Shown piece after piece: positions 9,645 through 18,257 of a stretch of DNA of 64,000 nt. The position numbers and the translations under genes are program-made. The notes below the pieces were generated by a model. That model did not search any database, was not told the DNA's origin, and saw only the letters and a program-made list of their open reading frames with translations. The stretch is from Candidatus Bipolaricaulota bacterium (GTDB lineage: Bacteria > Patescibacteriota > Patescibacteriia > UBA11705 > DATKZF01): NCBI GenBank assembly GCA_035528115.1, contig DATKZF010000003.1:551089-615088 (forward strand), given 5' to 3'. The first letter of the stretch is position 1; every line of letters starts with the position of its first letter.

Positions 9645-10595
9645 TCACAAATCAATATTTAACACGGCTATTTCGGGCGGATCGAATAATCTGGCGCGCG
9701 GTCCGATTTCACCAACGCCTGAAGTGATGAAAATCTGAGTTTGATCAAAATCAAAAAGTCCCTGATCGTATTGTCTCCCCAGCTCATCCGGAATCGGAGA
9801 GACAGGGCCGATCAGCGGCAGCCTGATTTGCCCGCCGTGCGTGTGACCGCTGAGCATTAAGTCAACTTTATCTTGCGCGGCGGCGATAAAATCGGGATTG
9901 TGCGCCAGCAGGATAATCGGCTCTGTCCGATTGGTCCCTTTCAGCGCGGCGTTAATATCGGCATTGCCCGTCCAATATTCTTTGACACCGGCCAGATAAA
10001 AGCTTTCGCCATTGATGACAATTTTTTCATTTTCATTTTCGAGCAGTTTGGCAGGATAATTTTCAAGCAATTCTTTGAGCGTCCCGGTTTTATCTTTGTA
10101 TTTGGGATCGTTGTAGCCGGGCAGATGATATTCGTGATTGCCGGAAATCAAATACATCGGGTAATCTTTGCTTAATTCCAAAATCGGCGCCAAATATTTG
10201 TGATTGCCTTCATCGCCATAGATATAATCTCCGAGCAAGACAATGACGTCAGGATTTTGAGCGCGTAATGCGTCAGCGATTTTTTGGCTGTATTTGTATT
10301 TTTTGAAAGGTCCAAAGTGCGAGTCGGAGACGGCGGCTATTCTTATTCTTTGCGCGCTTTCCGTTTTATTTATATTGATCTCCACATTGTTCACCCACAG
10401 TTCTCTGGGTTCGATGAAACTGCCGTAAAAAACAATCAGCCAGCTTAAAATCAATAAGCCCGCGATTAACAGACGACTTATTTTGCGCTCGTTTTTTTTA
10501 TAAAAAAAAGACCTGATCAAATGATAGGCGATAATAGCGGCGGCAATCAGCCAGCCGAAGATGATTATTTCAAATACGTAGAGCAACATGTTCAA
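9645..10595 (-). CDS. Calcineurin-like metallophosphoesterase with an N-terminal TM anchor
   Basis: Motifs AVSDSHFG, LLGDYIY, GNHEYH and GHTHGGQ. Confidence 0.75.
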   Translation of the reverse strand: MNMLLYVFEIIIFGWLIAAAIIAYHLIRSFFYKKNERKISRLLIAGLLILSWLIVFYGSFIEPRELWVNNVEININKTESAQRIRIAAVSDSHFGPFKKYKYSQKIADALRAQNPDVIVLLGDYIYGDEGNHKYLAPILELSKDYPMYLISGNHEYHLPGYNDPKYKDKTGTLKELLENYPAKLLENENEKIVINGESFYLAGVKEYWTGNADINAALKGTNRTEPIILLAHNPDFIAAAQDKVDLMLSGHTHGGQIRLPLIGPVSPIPDELGRQYDQGLFDFDQTQIFITSGVGEIGPRARLFDPPEIAVLNIDL

Positions 10596-10705
10596 AAATT
10601 AAAATCGAAATTTTTTGTCCATCGAGTTCGCTTAAGACATTCGACTCGCCTCATGTGTGGTCGTAGACCATGAGCGACCCCTAGCGAAGTCGAGGGGGAG
10701 TCGAA

Positions 10706-10783
10706 TGGTAGCAGGGGTGGGGATCGAACCCACGACCTGAGGGTTATGATTCCTCCGCTCTAACCAAACTGAGCTACCCTGCC
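10706..10783 (-). tRNA. tRNA with anticodon CAT (Met or Ile2/lysidine type); CCA is encoded
   Basis: The reverse complement folds as a cloverleaf: GGCAGGG acceptor (G1-U72), GCTC/GAGC D-stem, anticodon loop aTCATAa, GTGGG-TTCGATC-CCCAC T-arm, ACCA end. Confidence 0.7.
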
Positions 10784-10926
10784 GTCCTACGCTTTTTTCG
10801 AAAAGCTTCGGACGGCGGGCCATTCAAAGTTTTCGAAATAAGCGATAATATTGTTGTAAACGATCACTTCTTGGAAAAGATGAAAATGGAATCCTTAATG
10901 TTTTATATTTAATCTTAAATTTACAT

Positions 10927-11002
10927 TGGTAGCGGGAGGGGGACTCGAACCCCCGACCTCCAGGTTATGGGCCTGGCGAGCTGCCAACTGCTCTATCCCG
11001 CG
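10927..11002 (-). tRNA. tRNA-Met-like (anticodon CAT) with a C1/U72 mismatch and C33; possible initiator-type
   Basis: The reverse complement gives CGCGGGA-TA-GAGC..GCTC-G-CCAGG-cCCATAa-CCTGG-AGGTC-GGGGG-TTCGAGT-CCCCC-TCCCGCT-A-CCA. Confidence 0.6.
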
Positions 11003-11077
11003 ATGATTTTTAAATGATTCGCCTCGTCCCTGCTTGTGCTGGAGGTGGAACACCATGAGCGAGCGGAGTGAGTCGAA

Positions 11078-11164
11078 TGGTGCCGCCGGTCGGAGTTGAA
11101 CCGACATGAACGTTAGTTCACACGATTTTGAGTCGTGCGCGTCTGCCAATTTCGCCACGGCGGC
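11078..11164 (-). tRNA. tRNA-Leu (anticodon CAA), type II with a long variable arm; CCA is encoded
   Basis: The reverse complement gives GCCGCCG acceptor, CACGA-cTCAAaa-TCGTG anticodon arm, a long variable arm, and a GTCGG-TTCAACT-CCGAC T-arm. Confidence 0.75.
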
Positions 11165-11402
11165 ATAATGATTTTAAATATTCTTTGCCAATTCCTGATT
11201 TTAGATATTTTTCTCTTTTTCTCGCTTCCTTTCGATTCGCAAATTTTTCTATGGTTATAATTTCAAATGGCATGTACGGTTTGGTGGTTCTGCTTTTTCC
11301 GGTATTATGCTGCCGTATTCTTTTATGTGGATTGATTGCCGTACCTACATAGATATAAGATTTTGATAAACTGGATATAGCGTAAGTAAAGCAATCTCGC
11401 AT
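11118..11402 (-). CDS. GIY-YIG nuclease-domain small protein
   Basis: YIYVGTAINPHKRIRQHNTGK...FEIITIEKFANRKEARKREKYLK is a classic ~85-aa GIY-YIG (URI) domain. The reading frame runs about 47 nt into the tRNA-Leu 5' half before reaching a stop. Confidence 0.6.
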   Translation of the reverse strand: MRDCFTYAISSLSKSYIYVGTAINPHKRIRQHNTGKSRTTKPYMPFEIITIEKFANRKEARKREKYLKSGIGKEYLKSLCRRGEIGRRARLKIV

Positions 11403-11544
11403 ATTTTATTGTCGTGCGCGCCTGCCTGCTCCTCGGGTCTGCCTTCGACGGCCCTGAGGGGCCGCTCAGGCCCTCGAAGGGAGCGACCTCGCCACTCGGC
11501 CGTGAGCTCGTGGCCGAACGGGAGTCGAAGACCGGCAGGCAGGT
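11403..11544 (+). repeat. GC-rich palindromic repeat element (B-module family)
   Basis: cctgcctgctcctcg...ctcgccactcggccgtgagctcgtggccgaacgggagtcgaagaccggcaggcagg, with inverted ends cctgcctgc/gcaggcagg. Related copies are at 20321, 57950 and 62020. Confidence 0.7.
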
Positions 11545-11605
11545 CTGCCAATTTCGCCACGGCGGCCTGCAAACAATATGGATACTATACAGTAAATGAT
11601 GAAAA

Positions 11606-11634
11606 TTGTCAAAAACCATGGAATGTATTATAAT
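11606..11634 (+). promoter_or_regulatory. Sigma70-type promoter upstream of parA
   Basis: TTGTCA, 17-nt spacer, TATAAT, located about 35 nt before the parA start. Confidence 0.5.
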
Positions 11635-11669
11635 AAATTTGCATATAATTTCAATTATTCTTTTTAAGT

Positions 11670-12431
11670 ATGGCTAAAATCGTCTCCATTGTAAATCAAA
11701 AAGGGGGAGTCGGCAAAACTACGACAGCCATCAATTTGAGCGCATATTTGGCCGAAATGGGCAAATTTGTTTTGCTGGTGGATATGGATCCTCAGGCCAA
11801 CGCGACATCCGGATTGGGCATTGATTATAAAAACTTGTCCGGCGGCATGTACGAGGTCTTGATCGGGGAAAATTATTTCAATAACATCATTTTACCCACC
11901 AAACATCAGGGATTCAAGATCGCTCCGGCCACGCCGGATCTGGCGGGCGCGGCCGTGGAATTGGTCAATATGGATCGCCGCGAATATCGGCTCCGCGACG
12001 CCTTGCTTGAAGTGCAGGGAGACTTTGATTATATATTTATCGATTGCCCGCCTTCGCTCGGATTGTTGACCTTAAACAGTTTGGTGGCCACCGACGAAGT
12101 TTTAATACCCGTTCAGGCCGAGTATTACGCGCTTGAAGGTTTGGGACAGCTCTTGTACACGATCGATTTGGTCAAAGAGAATCTCAAGCCGGAACTCGGT
12201 ATCATGGGAGCCATGATCACCATGTTCGATAAGCGCAACAATTTGTCCGATCAAATCATGAACGAACTTTATCAATATTTTCCCAATAAAATTTTTCGAA
12301 CAGTGGTGCCGCGAAACGTCAGACTGACCGAGGCTCCCAGCCACGGCCTGACCATCGCTCATTACGACCCGGCGTCCAGCGGCAGCAAGGCGTATGAAAG
12401 ATTGGCCAGGGAAATTATCGATTTGGAGTAA
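11670..12431 (+). CDS. parA: Chromosome partitioning ATPase ParA/Soj
   Basis: Deviant Walker A: VNQKGGVGKTTTAINL. Confidence 0.85.
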   Translation: MAKIVSIVNQKGGVGKTTTAINLSAYLAEMGKFVLLVDMDPQANATSGLGIDYKNLSGGMYEVLIGENYFNNIILPTKHQGFKIAPATPDLAGAAVELVNMDRREYRLRDALLEVQGDFDYIFIDCPPSLGLLTLNSLVATDEVLIPVQAEYYALEGLGQLLYTIDLVKENLKPELGIMGAMITMFDKRNNLSDQIMNELYQYFPNKIFRTVVPRNVRLTEAPSHGLTIAHYDPASSGSKAYERLAREIIDLE

Positions 12432-12521
12432 AACGGATCAACGGATTGTCAATGGATGCCACAGATCCTGGGCTGAATTTCCGTTGCCAATCAGTTGACC
12501 TGTATTAAATAAAAATAAAAT

Positions 12522-13403
12522 ATGATACAAAAAAAAGGCTTGGGCCGCGGGCTGAGCTCGTTGATCCCCAAAAAAGTTTCGCCGGCCATGGTTAAAGAAG
12601 AAAATAAAGATTTGGTATTGTCGCCGTCATCAAAGCAAGTGATTGAAATTTCTCCCGATAGAATAGAACCCAATCCCATGCAGCCGCGGCAAGTGTTCAA
12701 TCATCAGGATTTGGAAGATTTGATGGAATCAATCAAAGAGCACGGCATTATTTCTCCGCTGATCGTCACGAAAGCGGGGGACGGCTATCAATTGATCGCG
12801 GGCGAGCGCCGCTGGCGTTCGGCGAAAATATTGGGAATGGAAAAAGTGCCGGTTATCGTCAGGGAAGCCAGCGAGCAGGAAAAATTGGAATTGTCATTGA
12901 TTGAAAATATTCAAAGGAAGAATTTGAATCCCATCGAAGAAGCGGCCAGTTATCAAAGATTGACCGATGAATTCAATTTGACGCAGGAACAAATCGCCAA
13001 GCGGCTGGGCAAAAGCCGATCGAATATCGCCAACACCATCAGACTGCTTAATTTGCCGCAAGAAATTCAGCGCGCCATTGTGGACGGCAAAATCAGCGAA
13101 GGTCACGCCAGAGTTATCTTGGGTTTGCCCACGGAAAAAGAACAGCTTGATTTTTTGAAAAAAATATTGCAATATAATTTTACGGTCAGAGACGCGGAGA
13201 GTGAAAGCCGAAGAGTTTCGCCGCGAAAACCGAGGCAGTTGCAGAGTCTGAGAGATCCGGTTACTGAAGCGCAGAGAGATGAAATCAGGCAGGCGCTCAA
13301 CACGAAAGTGGATATTAAAAAGCGCGATGGCCAAGGACAAGTCGTCATTGAATTTTATTCCGAAGAAGAATTAAAAGAGATAATCAATAAAATTCGCAAA
13401 TAA
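12522..13403 (+). CDS. parB: Chromosome partitioning protein ParB/Spo0J
   Basis: ParB box GERRWRSAKILG, the HTH region, and its position after parA. Confidence 0.85.
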   Translation: MIQKKGLGRGLSSLIPKKVSPAMVKEENKDLVLSPSSKQVIEISPDRIEPNPMQPRQVFNHQDLEDLMESIKEHGIISPLIVTKAGDGYQLIAGERRWRSAKILGMEKVPVIVREASEQEKLELSLIENIQRKNLNPIEEAASYQRLTDEFNLTQEQIAKRLGKSRSNIANTIRLLNLPQEIQRAIVDGKISEGHARVILGLPTEKEQLDFLKKILQYNFTVRDAESESRRVSPRKPRQLQSLRDPVTEAQRDEIRQALNTKVDIKKRDGQGQVVIEFYSEEELKEIINKIRK

Positions 13404-13412
13404 TTCAATTTT

Positions 13413-13979
13413 ATGAAAACAGCATCAAAAATCTTTTTGGCGGCGTTCATTATTCCTTTGGTGATTTCAGGTTGCAGTTGCTCGAAAAACAATACCTCGA
13501 ATATCGCCGATTTTCAAATCAAGGAACGCGAAGACGTTAAAGACGCGGTCAGAGATTGGGTGGTATTCACCAATCCGGCTTATCGCTATGAACTTCGTTC
13601 TCCGAAAGACTGGACGATTTCCGATGTCAATAAAGACGGAGAGGATGTCAGATTCTATCCGGAGAAAAACGCCATCACCGAAGATTATTTGGGGGATTTG
13701 AGGATTTTGGGCTATACGAATTGGCAGGAACATCTGCCGCTGGATGAATTCATAAAAACCAAAGCCGTTAACAATTATTATCAAATGAGCAACGCGGCGG
13801 ACAGGGAGGAATTAGAATTTCGAGGTTACTACGCCATGAGATTCAAAAATGTTGAACTCAAAAAAGATCAATTCATTGACGTGATCGTGGTGGATACCAA
13901 AGACAGCATAGTGGCCATTGAGCTTCACGGGTCATATGATGTCTTGACCAACATCATCAGCAGCATGTATTTTTATTGA
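13413..13979 (+). CDS. Hypothetical lipoprotein
   Basis: Signal peptide with a lipobox (LVISGCS); no recognisable domain. Confidence 0.4.
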   Translation: MKTASKIFLAAFIIPLVISGCSCSKNNTSNIADFQIKEREDVKDAVRDWVVFTNPAYRYELRSPKDWTISDVNKDGEDVRFYPEKNAITEDYLGDLRILGYTNWQEHLPLDEFIKTKAVNNYYQMSNAADREELEFRGYYAMRFKNVELKKDQFIDVIVVDTKDSIVAIELHGSYDVLTNIISSMYFY

Positions 13980-14324
13980 TTCAAAGACGATGTTGAAAAA
14001 TCCGACCGAGCGTCGGATTTTTTTGTTGTCGAATGAAAAAGCGGAGAGTCAAGCTCTCCGCTGGGGATGGATTTGAATTTTTGTTTTGTAGAATTTCTTT
14101 AGCGGAAAAAGCGGAGAGGCAATTTTTCCGCTGGGATTGGATTTGGGTTTTTGCCCAATGAAAAATTTTATTAGCAGGCGCAAAGGCTTTTTATTGGTGT
14201 GTATTTTTTCCCTTACCAGCGGAGAGCTTGACTCTCCGCTCATGGATTTATTTAAAATAAATAGCCGAGGTTCCTTGTTAGAAACCTCGGCCAAACGAAC
14301 GTGTGCGCGACTCGCGGTCATCGC

Positions 14325-15074
14325 TCATCGCTTTCGACAGCGATAGACTTTGAGCCGCGCGGGTTTGTCTCCGGCGTTGAGGACGAACGCGTTGAACACG
14401 CCGTCCTTGACCTCGCCGCTTTGGGTAGGACCCCAAAGGCAGGTCGCGCCGAATTTTTTTGGAGACACCGGCCAAAGGCTGGACTCCGTGTTGGAAAATC
14501 CAACATGGATTACGGCATCGCTCGGTGAAACATTGTCCACCAGGATGCCGAGCTGCCGGCCGTCGGCTTTGAGCATGACCTGCTTGCCCGGCAGGATTTC
14601 CTGGTCGAGCAGGAGCGGCATGCCGGGGTGAGTCCGTTCCGCGGGCGCGATCGGTGTCGCTCCCGCGGGGTTGGGGCGGCGGAAGCTTTCGAGGATCTCG
14701 CCACCGCACGAGATCATCCCGTAACCGAGGTAGCCCACGAATCCCAGCGCGGCAAGCCCCGCCAGGATCGCGCATACCGCGGTTACAATGTCCAACGACT
14801 CGCCGGCCGTATCGAAGGCCTTGGCCGGTTTTTTCGCCGGTGCCGGCGCCGCTGTCGGCGTCGTCGTTGCGGCGGGAGTGGACTCACTTGGCGCCGGGGT
14901 TGGCGCCGCCGTGGTCGCAGCGGCGGGCTTTCGGCTCGGGATGAGCGCGATCGCCAACGCGGCCACCAGACCGGCCGCGGCCAGGCCGGCCTCCCAGCGC
15001 CCCGAGACCATGATGGCCAGCGGAGCGAGGAGGAGGAGGAGGCCGATGAGCAACAGAATTCTTCCCGCTTTCAT
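14325..15074 (-). CDS. Membrane protein with a Pro/Ala/Thr-rich linker and a C-terminal beta domain (possible NfeD-like partner of the SPFH protein)
   Basis: Two N-terminal TMs, a PT-rich linker, a third TM, then a C-terminal domain. Overlaps the upstream SPFH gene by 1 nt. The GC-rich composition is unlike the surrounding sequence. Confidence 0.4.
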   Translation of the reverse strand: MKAGRILLLIGLLLLLAPLAIMVSGRWEAGLAAAGLVAALAIALIPSRKPAAATTAAPTPAPSESTPAATTTPTAAPAPAKKPAKAFDTAGESLDIVTAVCAILAGLAALGFVGYLGYGMISCGGEILESFRRPNPAGATPIAPAERTHPGMPLLLDQEILPGKQVMLKADGRQLGILVDNVSPSDAVIHVGFSNTESSLWPVSPKKFGATCLWGPTQSGEVKDGVFNAFVLNAGDKPARLKVYRCRKR

Positions 15075-16063
15075 CAGCTCTTCCCTCCAAGCCCCTTGAG
15101 GGCGTTCTGAAGAATGCCGGCGATATCGAGCGACAGCACCAACTTGGAACTGCCGCTGGAACCGATGGCCTTGGCCGCTTCGATGGCGGCCATGGCCTTC
15201 ATGTATTCGGCTTTCTGGCCTCCGCTCTCGAGCAGACCTAGCGCCTCGAGGGCCTCGGCCTCTGTCATCATGGCCACGGCCTTGCCCTCGGCCACCTTTA
15301 TGGCGACCTGCTTGGCCGCTTCGGCGTCGATGATCGCTCGCTCGCGCTCTTTCTCGGCGATTTTCACGCCAAGCGCAGCCTTTTCCAGCTCCGCTTTCTG
15401 CTGGAGCTGAATTCGAGGCACCTCATCGAGCGCCTGACGAATAGTTTCGTCGGCTGCCCGAATGACGTTGACTGTGACGCCCTCGAACAGGACGCCCCAT
15501 TCGCTTTCCTTTGTTTTGAGTTCATCCAGGATGGCCTTGGCAAGCTCTTTGCCCGCGCCAATCATCTTGTCGTAGCTTGTTGCGGCTGCCTGGCGTCTAA
15601 ATTCCCCCTGTACCTCGTCTTTGATCAGCTCGTCCTCGAGCCGACCGTGAACTGATAGAAAGAGTTTGACGCACTCGATCTCGGACAACCCGTGTTTGGT
15701 TGCCCATTTTTGTGGATCCAAACGCCAGTTGACCGAGATGATCTCAGCCAGAACGTCCATCCAGCCGACTTGTTTGTCAGATTCATCGTTCACCTTCGCG
15801 CGCGCCTCGAGCGAAGAGTAGTCCCTTGATTGCGTTTCGCGGGTGAAGTACGGCTTGTCGTCCGAGAACCTCTCGAGCGACTGGAGCAGCAGTTTGTTGA
15901 TCACGCGGATGCCCGCGTGCTTGACGGCCTCGATGCCGCCGCGGCCCATGACGATCATGATGTCGTTGGGCCGGAGAAAGTGGATGCGAAAGATCGCTCC
16001 CAGGATGAGAACGATCGTGCCCAGACCCATGACGAGCCCCAATAGCCAGTAATACTCTTCCAT
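15074..16063 (-). CDS. SPFH/band-7 family protein (flotillin/HflK-like)
   Basis: N-terminal TM, an SPFH-like core, and an Ala/Glu-rich coiled-coil tail (AELEKAALGVKIAEKERERAIIDAEAAKQ). The region is GC-rich. Confidence 0.5.
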   Translation of the reverse strand: MEEYYWLLGLVMGLGTIVLILGAIFRIHFLRPNDIMIVMGRGGIEAVKHAGIRVINKLLLQSLERFSDDKPYFTRETQSRDYSSLEARAKVNDESDKQVGWMDVLAEIISVNWRLDPQKWATKHGLSEIECVKLFLSVHGRLEDELIKDEVQGEFRRQAAATSYDKMIGAGKELAKAILDELKTKESEWGVLFEGVTVNVIRAADETIRQALDEVPRIQLQQKAELEKAALGVKIAEKERERAIIDAEAAKQVAIKVAEGKAVAMMTEAEALEALGLLESGGQKAEYMKAMAAIEAAKAIGSSGSSKLVLSLDIAGILQNALKGLGGKS

Positions 16064-16199
16064 CTTAATCTAATCCTCCCGTAAACGAAAACGTAAAAAT
16101 CTTTGCGGGAAAATCCCGCTTTTAGTTGTCAAAGTTCACAAAGTCACCATATTATTATATCATATTTAGTCAAAAAAGTCAATATTTGCGTATAAAACA

Positions 16200-16382
16200 A
16201 CAAAAAAACCCACTTTTTGGGTGGATTTTGAATATTAAATTGGGTGTTACAAATTACATTCACTATTTAGCTCCTGTTTGTATTGTTACGAAATTACATT
16301 CACTTATAGCCTTATGCCATAGAAGATTGTAATTTGTAACAGATAACCAAAAGCTAATTAGAATCTTGTAATTCGTAACAAT
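16200..16382 (+). repeat. AT-rich intergenic repeat array (gttacgaattacaa family)
   Basis: Contains the conserved aaattacattcactaaatag and gtaattcgtaac blocks shared with at least nine other intergenic regions. Confidence 0.6.
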
Positions 16383-16793
16383 TTATTGCTGCAGAGCCCC
16401 GATAATAAAGGAAACCAAGGCGTAACTGGTAAAGATGATTACCAAGCCGATGGTCGCGTAAAGCATGGCATTTTTGCCTTTTTTGATTTGCTCGGGATTG
16501 CCCCCGGAAATCAGCCAGAGCACGCCTCCGTAAATGAAGACGGCCAAAGCGGCCGTGCCCGCAATGCCGATCAATGACTTGATGATTCTGCCGACAACAA
16601 CATTGAGGTCAGTGGCTTCAGCGCCGAGCGGATTGGGCAATTCGAGCGAAGTATTGACAGGCGTTTCCGCCGGAGGCACTGTCTCCGCGGGCGGCACTGT
16701 TTCAATGGGAGGAGAGGTTTGCGCCAAGGCGAAAAGGGGAATGAATAAAAGCGGCATCAGACTTAGAATGATTTTTATTTTTGTTTTTGCCAT
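16383..16793 (-). CDS. VirB2/TrbC-like (T4SS-pilin-type) small pilin protein
   Basis: Signal peptide, a Pro-rich segment, and a two-helix hairpin IGIAGTAALAVFIYGGVLWLISGGNPEQIKKGKNAMLYATIGLVIIFTSYALVSFI. The same domain is found at the N-termini of 36344..38194 and 38241..45320. Confidence 0.6.
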   Translation of the reverse strand: MAKTKIKIILSLMPLLFIPLFALAQTSPPIETVPPAETVPPAETPVNTSLELPNPLGAEATDLNVVVGRIIKSLIGIAGTAALAVFIYGGVLWLISGGNPEQIKKGKNAMLYATIGLVIIFTSYALVSFIIGALQQ

Positions 16794-16795
16794 AT

Positions 16796-18250
16796 TTAGA
16801 TTGATTTCTTAGTTGAAATTATTTTTTTCCAAGTTTGTTTTTTGAAACTGCCGATGTGAGCCTTGGCGTTTCTGGTTTTAACGAATTTGAGCCATTGCGG
16901 ATTGGGGCCTTTTCTGTTTTTATCGAGAGTGATCTCGACCACATCGCTGTTTTTCAATTTGGTTTCCAGAGGCACGTGAATGTCATTGACGTAAGCGCCG
17001 CCGCATTTATTGCCGACGTCCGAATGGATTTGATAAGCGAAGTCAATCGGCGTGGCGCCGTCCGGCAAATCAATGACATCGCCTTTGGGCGTGAACACGA
17101 AAATTCTATTTTGGAAAAAGTCGATTTTTAATGTTTCCAAAAATTTATCGTCGTCTTTTATTTCTTTTTGCCAATTGGCCAATTCTTTGACCCAGGCGAT
17201 GTCTTTTTCCTTGATGCCTTTTGATTCTTTGTAATGCCAATGAGAGGCAATACCGTATTCGGCCTGATTGTGCATTTCTTGAGTTCTGATTTGGAATTCG
17301 ATCGGTTCTTGATTGTCTCCGAAGACGGTGGTGTGCAGCGAGCGGTAGCCGTTGGGTTTGGGTTGGGAAATATAATCCTTAATTTTGCCTTTGATCGGCT
17401 TCCAGAGACTGTGAATGATGCCGAGCGTGGCATAGCAGTCGGCGACGTCTTTTAAAATGATTCGCGCGGCCACCAGGTCGTAAATGCGGTCAATGTCTTT
17501 GTTGCTTTTCATCAGTTTTCTGTACAAACTGTAATAATGTTTGGTGCGGCCGTAAGCGTCAATGTATTTTATTTTATTTTCGATCAATTTTCGTTTTAAT
17601 TTTTTCAGCATGGCGTCCATGGCGCGCTGTTTGAATTGCAATCTTTTCTTGATCAAATTTTCAACCCAGATGTATTCATCGGGAAAGGCGTATTTAAAAG
17701 ATTCATCTTCGAGTTTGGCTTGCAATTCTCCGATGCCCAGGCGGTTGGCGATGGGCGCGTAAATTTCCAAAACCTCCATGGCGATTCTTTTTTGCTTGTT
17801 GGCGGGCAGGGCGTAGAGAGTGCGCAAGTTATGCAGACGATCCGCGAATTTGATGACAATGACTCTGATGTCTCTGGCCATGGCCACGAACATTTTTCTC
17901 AAATTTTCGACATATCGCTTCATGCCTCGGTATTTGACCGTGCCCAGTTTGGTGACGCCTTCCACCATGCCGGCCACGTCGTCCCCGAAATTCTTTCTGA
18001 CATCTTCCAGCGTGTAGGTCGTGTCTTCGGGCACATCATGAAGCAGGCCGGCGATGATCATGTTGGTGTTGACTTTCAGATCGGCCAGGTTTTGCGCTGT
18101 GGCCAAGGCATGATCGATATAATCCACGCCCGTGGCGCGGCGCTGGCCATCATGCGCTTTTTTCGCGAATTCATAAGCCAGTTCCACCATTTCCAGGTCG
18201 GCTTTGGGATTGTACTTTTTTATGGTTGTGAGCAGTTTTCTAATGGTCAT
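16796..18250 (-). CDS. rel: Bifunctional (p)ppGpp synthetase/hydrolase Rel (HD-Synth-TGS; lacks the long C-terminal regulatory region)
   Basis: Intact HD motif LLHDVPEDT, synthetase motif YRSLHTTV, and a TGS domain. Confidence 0.8.
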   Translation of the reverse strand: MTIRKLLTTIKKYNPKADLEMVELAYEFAKKAHDGQRRATGVDYIDHALATAQNLADLKVNTNMIIAGLLHDVPEDTTYTLEDVRKNFGDDVAGMVEGVTKLGTVKYRGMKRYVENLRKMFVAMARDIRVIVIKFADRLHNLRTLYALPANKQKRIAMEVLEIYAPIANRLGIGELQAKLEDESFKYAFPDEYIWVENLIKKRLQFKQRAMDAMLKKLKRKLIENKIKYIDAYGRTKHYYSLYRKLMKSNKDIDRIYDLVAARIILKDVADCYATLGIIHSLWKPIKGKIKDYISQPKPNGYRSLHTTVFGDNQEPIEFQIRTQEMHNQAEYGIASHWHYKESKGIKEKDIAWVKELANWQKEIKDDDKFLETLKIDFFQNRIFVFTPKGDVIDLPDGATPIDFAYQIHSDVGNKCGGAYVNDIHVPLETKLKNSDVVEITLDKNRKGPNPQWLKFVKTRNAKAHIGSFKKQTWKKIISTKKSI

Positions 18251-18257
18251 AAATACA

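Noticed and set aside
14278-15110. Multiple overlapping ORFs in several frames on both strands (14278..14775, 14350..14631, 14628..15110, 14654..14944 and others)
   Set aside because: This is the open-frame pattern typical of a GC-rich region. Only the 14325..15074 minus frame gives a membrane-protein-like sequence and is coupled to the SPFH gene by a 1-nt overlap.
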